Shown: positions 19,024 to 26,141 of the stretch, in pieces
Layout: every line of letters begins with the position of its first letter
Position numbering within the stretch: position 1 is the first letter of the stretch
Notes under the pieces: generated by a model
Databases searched by the model: none
Told to the model about the DNA's origin: nothing
Seen by the model: only the letters and a program-made list of their open reading frames with translations
Assembly: GCA_947496355.1 (NCBI GenBank)
Contig: CANMCO010000012.1
Location: 9,705 to 73,704, forward strand
Direction: 5' to 3'
Length of the DNA: 64,000 bases
Origin: an uncultured Aquimarina sp.
GTDB taxonomy: Bacteria; Bacteroidota; Bacteroidia; Flavobacteriales; Flavobacteriaceae
Translations under genes and position numbers: made by a program

Positions 19024-19584
19024 TTATAATGCATTTTTAGTCTTCAACCATTTTACCATTGTGGGAGAAATCTTTTTCCTTTCTAAAGCTCTTAAAGGTT
19101 TTGTTTTGGCTTCTTTCTGGATTAAAATGTCTACAATTTCTTTGTGATTCTCTAAAACCGCAAATACAAGAGCCGTTTTTCCGGATCCAATAAGTCCAAA
19201 TGTTTTTGCTTCAAGATTTGCCCCGGATTCTAATAAAACTTGCACAACTTCTTTTGCATTATTCTTAGCAGCAAACATAAGTGCTGTCATACCATTTATT
19301 TTATGACAGATCTCGATTTCTGCATTATTATTAATAAGAAGTTTCAAAGCTTCTACTGCATTAGTTTCTGCAGCATGCATTAAAGCAGTAGCCGGACCAC
19401 CTATGCTTTTTTCATTATAATGATTTAAATTCGCTCCCTTTTTTATGAGTAACTCTATAGCACTAGTCACATTTTGACTACACGCCTTCATTAATGGTGT
19501 TTCCCCCATGGCATCTTCAGAATGAACATCAATACTGTCAATGTTTCTTAATAAGGCTTTTATTTTATCTGATAGACTACTCAT
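19024..19584 (-). CDS. Ankyrin repeat protein
   Basis: GETPLMKAC, TALMHAA, GMTALMFAA, GKTALVFAV repeats. Confidence 0.9.
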   Translation of the reverse strand: MSSLSDKIKALLRNIDSIDVHSEDAMGETPLMKACSQNVTSAIELLIKKGANLNHYNEKSIGGPATALMHAAETNAVEALKLLINNNAEIEICHKINGMTALMFAAKNNAKEVVQVLLESGANLEAKTFGLIGSGKTALVFAVLENHKEIVDILIQKEAKTKPLRALERKKISPTMVKWLKTKNAL

Positions 19585-19607
19585 AAATTAAAGATGGGTT
19601 AGTGTTC

Positions 19608-20114
19608 CTAAAAAGATATTTCTATAAATAATTTATCTTTTGGGGAAATAGTCCATAGCTTTCTTATTAGTTTTTCAAGATCATCTTGAAGTTGATGCTC
19701 ATCTAGGTAATCAAATATCAAATACCTGTAAACAGCATCTGGTTTGCTTTTTAACAAATCTATTAGTTTAAAATATTCTTTTGATTGCACCCAGTGTTTC
19801 ATTGTAGTAAACAAAGGCAAGGATTCTTCTATACTCACTAACGTACCTGTATCTTTATTTGGATCCGTGGTATCATAAAAAACCCGTTCAAAGATATTGA
19901 TATCACCTCCCGATTGCTTACATATATAAAGTAGTATAGAATCATCCATCCAATCATTTTTCAACCATAATCTATCAATTCCATAACAGTGGGTAAATTC
20001 TGTGTCTAGCCAAAGTAATTCATTAACAACTCCTTCTGAATTCACTGAAACTAAATTCGTACTAGGGCGACCTCCAATTTTAAAGAGTGAATGTGCATCT
20101 TTGATTCCTTTCAT
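19608..20114 (-). CDS. Hypothetical protein
   Basis: 168-aa ORF directly upstream of the ankyrin gene; no recognised motif. Confidence 0.55.
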   Translation of the reverse strand: MKGIKDAHSLFKIGGRPSTNLVSVNSEGVVNELLWLDTEFTHCYGIDRLWLKNDWMDDSILLYICKQSGGDINIFERVFYDTTDPNKDTGTLVSIEESLPLFTTMKHWVQSKEYFKLIDLLKSKPDAVYRYLIFDYLDEHQLQDDLEKLIRKLWTISPKDKLFIEISF

Positions 20115-20313
20115 GAGATATAACCTTGATAAGTATAGTATATCAATAATCTTATTGAAAATACGAAAGTTAATCGTTAAAAAGTCCTAAATTTATTAGA
20201 ATACTTTACTTTATTATTTTAAAAAACAGAAGAGGTTTTTTTGATCATCTTGGATCATGTTTACTGTTTGAATCACATAAAACCTTTATAATAACTAAAT
20301 ATTGAATTAATGT

Positions 20314-20355
20314 AAACAAAAAAATCCGGTTGATGTAACCGGATTTTTTTTGTTT
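20314..20355 (-). terminator. Intrinsic terminator after the micro-peptide cluster
   Basis: aaacaaaaaaatccggtt-gatgt-aaccggattttttttgttt inverted repeat with T/A tracts on both sides. Confidence 0.75.
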
Positions 20356-20368
20356 GCAATTCTATATT

Positions 20369-20527
20369 TTAGCACTTCTGACATAATTCATACTCTAGAC
20401 CTCCAGACTCGTTACCTCCGGTTCCACTGCCTCCACAAGCACAGCTTCTTTCTCCTCCATTAACTTGTGTTAAAACCTTTCTTTCTAATGTTTGTACCCC
20501 TTCTAAGTTTAAAATGTTTGCTAACAT
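20369..20527 (-). CDS. Double-glycine-leader micro-peptide (52 aa), not in ORF track
   Basis: MLANILNLEGVQTLERKVLTQVNGG|ERSCACGGSGTGGNESGGLEYELCQKC; leader paralogous to three other ORFs in the window. Confidence 0.75.
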   Translation of the reverse strand: MLANILNLEGVQTLERKVLTQVNGGERSCACGGSGTGGNESGGLEYELCQKC

Positions 20528-20538
20528 AATTTATACGT

Positions 20539-20574
20539 TCCCTGAGCGTCTAAAGACATTCAGGAATTATGTCT
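20539..20574 (-). promoter_or_regulatory. Conserved 36-nt upstream element, copy 1
   Basis: Transcript strand agacat-aattcctga-atgtct-ttagacgc-tcaggga; homologous to 20934-20969 and 21214-21249. Confidence 0.6.
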
Positions 20575-20681
20575 GCATCGTTTTAAGTACCACTTAACTC
20601 TATTATGCTATTCTGTTTATTGATTGATAATAAGCAAACATATTGTCTGTAAAAATTTTTAAACAACACTTTCCGATTATA

Positions 20682-20720
20682 CTAAATCCAAGGTTACAAC
20701 ATTAGTCTCCTTGGATTTAG
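20682..20720. other. Stem-loop downstream of micro-peptide 20751-20906
   Basis: ctaaatccaagg ... ccttggatttag perfect 12-bp inverted repeat. Confidence 0.55.
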
Positions 20721-20750
20721 AAAGAAATATTAAAATAGATTACTATTCTT

Positions 20751-20906
20751 TTAATAACAATCACATCTCCCGGTATTGCCATCTGGCTTTCCACCTAAAG
20801 GTCCACAAAGAGCGTAACAGTCTACTCTCCAACCTCCATTTATTGACTTTTGTTCTTTGTTACCCAACTTCGTTGCGTTTTCTAACTTTAAAATGTTTTC
20901 TAACAT
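20751..20906 (-). CDS. Double-glycine-leader micro-peptide (51 aa) with defensin-like Cys spacing, not in ORF track
   Basis: MLENILKLENATKLGNKEQKSINGG|WRVDCYALCGPLGGKPDGNTGRCDCY. Confidence 0.75.
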   Translation of the reverse strand: MLENILKLENATKLGNKEQKSINGGWRVDCYALCGPLGGKPDGNTGRCDCY

Positions 20907-20933
20907 AATTTAAGTAATTTAATAATTTATTTT

Positions 20934-20969
20934 TTTCCAAACATTTATAGACAGTCAGAAACTCTGTCT
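20934..20969 (-). promoter_or_regulatory. Conserved 36-nt upstream element, copy 2 (most diverged)
   Basis: Transcript strand agacag-agtttctga-ctgtct-ataaatgt-ttggaaa. Confidence 0.55.
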
Positions 20970-21044
20970 TAATTTTCTTATTCTTGATAAGACAAAGAAT
21001 ACGTCTTTTCTACAAGTCCTTTTTAAAACTATATGATGTCACTT

Positions 21045-21185
21045 TTAATGACACTGGCTGTTTGTGCTACCTGTATGACCATAGCAGTTTAATCCAGGAG
21101 CATGCCATTCTCCACCTTTTACAATGACTTGTTGATTTCTGTCTAATTGATTTACCCCTTCTAAATTTAAAATGTTTGCTAACAT
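21045..21185 (-). CDS. Double-glycine-leader micro-peptide (46 aa), not in ORF track
   Basis: MLANILNLEGVNQLDRNQQVIVKGG|EWHAPGLNCYGHTGSTNSQCH. Confidence 0.75.
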   Translation of the reverse strand: MLANILNLEGVNQLDRNQQVIVKGGEWHAPGLNCYGHTGSTNSQCH

Positions 21186-21213
21186 AATTTATATTGTTTA
21201 ATAATTTATACGT

Positions 21214-21249
21214 TCCCTGAGCGTTTATAGACATTCAGGGATTCTGTCT
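21214..21249 (-). promoter_or_regulatory. Conserved 36-nt upstream element, copy 3
   Basis: Transcript strand agacag-aatccctga-atgtct-ataaacgc-tcaggga. Confidence 0.6.
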
Positions 21250-21352
21250 ATATCCTAGTATTAAATGAGAGCATAATAAATTAATTATAATCGCATTGTT
21301 AAGAACAAATATAGAAGCGGTTATAGGTAAAAGACAAATGAAGTAAGTGGCC

Positions 21353-21384
21353 TTTCAAGGAAAACACACTGTGTTTTCAAGGAA
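21353..21384. promoter_or_regulatory. Tandem TTTCAAGGAA sites, candidate operator
   Basis: TTTCAAGGAA at 21353-21362 and 21375-21384 (22-bp period), between divergent peptide and TPR-AraC genes. Confidence 0.55.
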
Positions 21385-21478
21385 TCAATTGTTACTAAAA
21401 TGATGTCAAAAACAATAAATCCAATTTTTGGTTTTATCCTAAGTAAACCTTTAAATTTGTTGAACAAAATATCTTTAG

Positions 21479-23197
21479 ATGCCATATACCATTCTATTGT
21501 TTCGTATAAAAAGTAAGTGTTTTATACTATTTCTATTATTTAATAGCCTTAATCTTTTTGCATTTCAAACCTCTTATGATAGCTTACTTACCAAAGAGTA
21601 TTCATATCTAAAAAAAATGGTTTCCAAGCATGTAAGGGACTCTTCAAAAGCAAGTATATATATCCAATCGCATCTTTTTAAAGCAAAAAAAGATGTTGAT
21701 ACTACCGAAATAGTGAATGGGTTTTATTATTACTCAGGTATTACTAAGGATGAAAAAATTAAAGAAAAATATCTGGATAGTATGATTCTATTCTCAAAGA
21801 ATCTAAAAACAAAACATTATCCAGCACTTGCATATTATAGAAAAGGAAAAATAGAGTATAATAAAGGTAATTTTAAAAATGCGCTAGATTTATATCTTAA
21901 AACCAATGAAAAAGCAAAAGAATTCGAAAATACCCATCTTTTTTATGCCAGTAAAAAAAGTATAGGAATATTAAAAAGTAGGATTGGAGAACACAAAGCG
22001 GCATTAACAGAACTTAAGGAATGTCATCAATATTATTCAAAATTAAAGAAGGGTAAACCAATAAACTATTTAGGTACATTATTTGCACTGGCCGATTCCT
22101 ATAATTTGAATAAAAAGCTAGATTCGGCAACGACTATGAATATCCTTGGGTATAAAGAATCTATAGCATTTAAAAAAGAAGACTTCAAATACTACTTTAC
22201 ATTAAACGAAGGGATTAATTTATTTGATAAAAAAAACTTTACCACAGCAAGAGATAGTTTATCAATCGCTATTGAAGAGTTTAAAATTAATGACGACAGA
22301 GCCAATCTGTCTATGGCTTACTTTTTTTATGGAAAAACATTGACAGCATTAGGTAAAGAAAAAGAAGCCATTGCTGCACATATCAAAGTAGATGAGATAT
22401 TCGAGGAAATATCTGAAATTATGCCCAATAATCGAGAGAATTATGAAATCTTAATCAATTATTACAAAAAATTAGATGATAAGGATAATCAGTTAAAATA
22501 CATTCAACAGTTAATTACCGTAGATAGTGTATTACACACTAATTATCGATATCTAATGAAAGCTGTAGTACAGAATTATGATACCCCAAGATTACTTTCG
22601 GAAAAACAAGAAATTATAGATAGTTTAGAAACCGGAAAAAAAACATCGTATACAATTATTAGCATTTTGGCAATTGCCAGTCTTTTGCTATTTGTCTTAT
22701 GGTTGATTAATCGACGTAGACAAAAGCAATATAAACAGCGTTTCGAAGAACTCTATTACAAACAAGATGCTCATAAAAAAGAAGAAAATCAAACGGTATC
22801 ACATAAAGAGAAAACAAAACTTGCTATCCCAGAAGAAAGTATTAAAGAGGTTCTTAACAAATTGGCAATTTTTGAAAATGAATTAGGGTTTATCCAACCT
22901 GATTTATCAATTAATTTTTTAGCAAAGAGATTTGGAACCAATTCTAAATATTTGTCCAAAATTATTAATACCTATAAAAAGAAATCATTTAATCAGTACA
23001 TCAATGATTTAAGAATCAATCAATCAATCATAAAACTAAAAGAAGATGCTAAATTCAGGAACTACACTATAAAAGCAATTGCTCAAGAAATAGGCTTTAA
23101 TACTACGGATGCTTTTTCTAAAGCTTTTTACAAACAAAACGGAATCCATCCTTCCTATTTTATAAAAGAATTAGAAAAGCAGATTAAAGCTGTATAA
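21479..23197 (+). CDS. TPR-repeat, single-pass transmembrane, AraC-type HTH regulator (copy 2)
   Basis: TPR helices (GNFKNALDLYL, GEHKAALTEL, GKEKEAIA), TM IISILAIASLLLFVLWLI, AraC HTHs INFLAKRFGTNSKYLSKIIN and TIKAIAQEIGFNTTDAFSKAF; paralog of 6012-7724. Confidence 0.88.
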   Translation: MPYTILLFRIKSKCFILFLLFNSLNLFAFQTSYDSLLTKEYSYLKKMVSKHVRDSSKASIYIQSHLFKAKKDVDTTEIVNGFYYYSGITKDEKIKEKYLDSMILFSKNLKTKHYPALAYYRKGKIEYNKGNFKNALDLYLKTNEKAKEFENTHLFYASKKSIGILKSRIGEHKAALTELKECHQYYSKLKKGKPINYLGTLFALADSYNLNKKLDSATTMNILGYKESIAFKKEDFKYYFTLNEGINLFDKKNFTTARDSLSIAIEEFKINDDRANLSMAYFFYGKTLTALGKEKEAIAAHIKVDEIFEEISEIMPNNRENYEILINYYKKLDDKDNQLKYIQQLITVDSVLHTNYRYLMKAVVQNYDTPRLLSEKQEIIDSLETGKKTSYTIISILAIASLLLFVLWLINRRRQKQYKQRFEELYYKQDAHKKEENQTVSHKEKTKLAIPEESIKEVLNKLAIFENELGFIQPDLSINFLAKRFGTNSKYLSKIINTYKKKSFNQYINDLRINQSIIKLKEDAKFRNYTIKAIAQEIGFNTTDAFSKAFYKQNGIHPSYFIKELEKQIKAV

Positions 23198-23240
23198 AAT
23201 CATTGTTAGCAAGCTAACAACCCTTCATTTCAATAGTCCG

Positions 23241-23253
23241 TTTTCCCTGAAAA
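23241..23253. promoter_or_regulatory. Palindromic candidate operator TTTTC-cct-GAAAA
   Basis: Same core and same 53-nt spacing to a TATATTTG box (23300-23307) as at 7759-7771/7818. Confidence 0.55.
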
Positions 23254-23475
23254 CAGGTAATAACCCATAAAAAAAACACGATTTCATCGTATTACTAATT
23301 ATATTTGATTTAGAAATAATAAAAACATTTGCTAAAGACATTTACTAGTAATTTGGGAAAATAAAATATCTATAAAGTAATATGTCGTTTCAATTTTTGA
23401 GGGTATGAAAGGGTTAAAATGTAGCTTATATTAATTTATTATTTCTGGTCAAAACCTTTAAATGAAAAACAAAAA

Positions 23476-23655
23476 ATGAAAAACAAAAAATTAAGTTTGC
23501 GGAAAATAACAGTCACAAAATTGGATAACTTACATAATATTCAAGCAGGTGCTCCTGTTTGCCCTACTCTTCCACACGAGAGCTGCACAACAAAACCTTT
23601 TGAAGATGAAGATTTTACAGAAAATGGAACCTTAATAGGTCCCGGGTTTATTTAA
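23476..23655 (+). CDS. Small leader-core peptide (59 aa), not in ORF track
   Basis: MKNKKLSLRKITVTKLDNLHNIQAG|APVCPTLPHESCTTKPFEDEDFTENGTLIGPGFI; paralog of 23675-23875. Confidence 0.75.
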   Translation: MKNKKLSLRKITVTKLDNLHNIQAGAPVCPTLPHESCTTKPFEDEDFTENGTLIGPGFI

Positions 23656-23674
23656 AAAATATACTTCTTAAAAT

Positions 23675-23875
23675 ATGAAAAATAAAAGACTAAGTTTACA
23701 GAAAACGACGATCACTAGACTAAATAATTTGCATAGTGTTAAGGGTGGTAATTTTCCTTCAGAATTTGACACAACTCCAATAGGCACAGCTCCAAGTGAG
23801 AGACCAACAACTAAAACTGCTGAAGGTGATGATTTTACAGAAAACGGAACCCTAACAGTTCCGGGGTTATATTAA
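23675..23875 (+). CDS. Small leader-core peptide (66 aa)
   Basis: Leader RLSLQKTTITRL...VKGG; C-terminus DFTENGTLTVPGLY shared with upstream paralog; no Cys. Confidence 0.72.
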   Translation: MKNKRLSLQKTTITRLNNLHSVKGGNFPSEFDTTPIGTAPSERPTTKTAEGDDFTENGTLTVPGLY

Positions 23876-23986
23876 AAGTACAAATCAAATAAAAAAATTG
23901 ATCTCTGCAACCAGGTATTCCTAATATTTTCATAAACACTTTTTGATACTGTTAGTATGTACTATTTTTAGTTTTAAACTAAAAAC

Positions 23987-25126
23987 ATGCAACACCAAAA
24001 ACATCTTTTTGATCTTTCAGAAGGCACAACATATCTTAACTGTGCCTACATGTCGCCTCAATTAAAATCAGTATCAAAAGTTGGTCTGAAAAGTGTACTC
24101 AGAAAAGCCAAACCTGATAAAATCTTACCCGAGGATTTCTTTAACCAGAAAGAAATATTAAAACAACGTTTTGCAACTTTAATTGATGCTCCAGACTATA
24201 GAAATATAGCTTCAATACCTTCGGTATCATATGGTATTGCCAATGCAGCAAATAATGTACCTATCAAAAAAGGAGATGAAATTTTGTTGGTGGATGAGCA
24301 ATTCCCCAGTAATGTATATGTATGGCAAGAAATTGCGCAAAAAAAAGGTGCGATAATAAAAGTGATTAAACCACCTCAAAGTTTCAATAATCGAAGTATC
24401 ATCTGGAATCAAAATATTCTGGCCGCCATAAACAAAAAAACTGCTGTGATCGCCATGTGCCATGTACATTGGGCAGACGGAACCCTGTTTGATTTAAAAA
24501 CCATCAGAGAAAAAACCAAATCTGTAGATGCAATGTTGGTTATAGATGGTACCCAAAGTATAGGTGCATTACCTTTTTCTGTTCAAGAAATTAAACCAGA
24601 TGCTTTGGTTTGTGGAGGTTACAAATGGATGCTTGGCCCCTATTCTACAGGAATGGCATATTACAGTGATAAATTTAATAACGGGACTCCTATCGAGCAT
24701 AATTGGATGCATCGCTATAATAGTGAAGATTTTACTAAACTCACACAATATGAAGATCGCTACCAGGAAAAAGCAGCGCGCTATTCTGTAGGTGAAGCTA
24801 GTAACTTTGTACTCACTCCTATGCTTATTAGATCGATCGAACAATTAATCGAATGGTCGCCAGCAGCTATACAAGCATATTGCAAAACAATCTCATCGAC
24901 AGCAGTTCAAAAACTAAGAGATTTAGGTTGTTTTATAGAAGATGATGACCATAGGGCGTATCATCTTTTTGGGATTTATCTGCCCAAGCATATTGATCTT
25001 GAAAAATTAAAAGCAAAACTAAAGCAAGAGAATATCATTGTATCTTTCAGAGGAAATGCAATGCGCGTTTCTCCTCATGTATATAATTCTGAAGTGAATT
25101 TTGAGAAATTATTGAACTGTTTCTAA
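23987..25126 (+). CDS. Class V PLP-dependent aminotransferase (cysteine desulfurase-like family)
   Basis: YLNCAYMSP, EQFPSN, IDGTQSIG, GGYKWMLGP (PLP lysine), RVSPHVYN. Confidence 0.88.
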   Translation: MQHQKHLFDLSEGTTYLNCAYMSPQLKSVSKVGLKSVLRKAKPDKILPEDFFNQKEILKQRFATLIDAPDYRNIASIPSVSYGIANAANNVPIKKGDEILLVDEQFPSNVYVWQEIAQKKGAIIKVIKPPQSFNNRSIIWNQNILAAINKKTAVIAMCHVHWADGTLFDLKTIREKTKSVDAMLVIDGTQSIGALPFSVQEIKPDALVCGGYKWMLGPYSTGMAYYSDKFNNGTPIEHNWMHRYNSEDFTKLTQYEDRYQEKAARYSVGEASNFVLTPMLIRSIEQLIEWSPAAIQAYCKTISSTAVQKLRDLGCFIEDDDHRAYHLFGIYLPKHIDLEKLKAKLKQENIIVSFRGNAMRVSPHVYNSEVNFEKLLNCF

Positions 25127-25136
25127 AACCAAGTTA

Positions 25137-26105
25137 ATGAACATAGCCTACCTAAAAGAAAAACGAAAGTGTCCTATAACTAAAGAAAAAGTTTTAAATC
25201 TTCAAACGACTAATGGTATTTATTATAAGCTTGAAATAAAAGATAAGACATATAGCTTACGCTTTTGTGAAAGCTGTTTTGAAAAAATTAATTTTAAAAA
25301 ATATAGAAGTACAATCTTTGGTTTAATCCTTAATGAAAAAATAGATATAAATGATCGTAATCTAATAATTCATTGGGATAAAAAAGGAGATGATTTTTTT
25401 GATCTAAAACAATTTATAACAGAATCGTATTACCCTCGAACTCCAAAAGAAAAATATGACAATCTAATTTCTGAATTATTCAAAAGACAATCGGCAATAG
25501 GTCACAATATAGCTTATCTAAATCTGAAAAATGATATGCTAATTGAAAAATCCTACTTTGATAGTAGTGGTGAATTCCTAAAATACATAAACGCTCTCGA
25601 AGAAGAAAAACTTATTAATTGTAACTATTCGTCGGGTAAAAGTTTAGATTCACTAATACTAAATATTACGTTTAAAGGTTTCACCTATCTGGATCAACTA
25701 GAAAAAACTGGGTCAGAATCTAAAAATTGCTTTATCGCTATGGCTTTTAAAAATGAAACTGTACCCGCAAGAGAGGCTATAAAAAATGCAATAATCAAAA
25801 CCGGATTTATTCCAATCATAATTGATGAACAAAATATTGATAGTGATCAAACTATAAACGACGCAATTATTGCGGGTATCAAAAAATCGAAATTCTGTAT
25901 TTCTGATTTTTCATTTCATAGGAATGGGGTCTATTTTGAAAGTGGTTATGCCCTTGGACTAGGAAAACCAGTAATTTATTGTTGTTCTAAGGAAGAATTT
26001 AAAAATGCACATTTCGACATTAAACCTCTACAACATATTATTTACGATTCTCCCGAACAACTAGAAAAAAACTTAATTCACAAAATAGAAGCTTGGATTA
26101 AATAG
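25137..26105 (+). CDS. Hypothetical protein with C-terminal TIR-like/nucleoside 2-deoxyribosyltransferase-like domain
   Basis: CFIAM.F, II..IKKSKFCISD, NGVYFESGYALGLGKPVI; upstream ITFKG winged-helix-like end and an N-terminal CP..CxxC. Confidence 0.65.
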   Translation: MNIAYLKEKRKCPITKEKVLNLQTTNGIYYKLEIKDKTYSLRFCESCFEKINFKKYRSTIFGLILNEKIDINDRNLIIHWDKKGDDFFDLKQFITESYYPRTPKEKYDNLISELFKRQSAIGHNIAYLNLKNDMLIEKSYFDSSGEFLKYINALEEEKLINCNYSSGKSLDSLILNITFKGFTYLDQLEKTGSESKNCFIAMAFKNETVPAREAIKNAIIKTGFIPIIIDEQNIDSDQTINDAIIAGIKKSKFCISDFSFHRNGVYFESGYALGLGKPVIYCCSKEEFKNAHFDIKPLQHIIYDSPEQLEKNLIHKIEAWIK

Positions 26106-26141
26106 CATAATACGTTTATATTTGCCACAAAACATCGCTAC

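Noticed and set aside
20711-20908. 65-aa plus-strand ORF in the ORF track
   Set aside because: Antisense shadow of the minus-strand GG-leader peptide 20751-20906, which has a paralogous leader and upstream element; TTG start and no motif
23462-23479. ATG at 23462 as the peptide start
   Set aside because: Reads MKNKK-stop; the real frame starts at 23476 in the second copy of a 14-nt duplication
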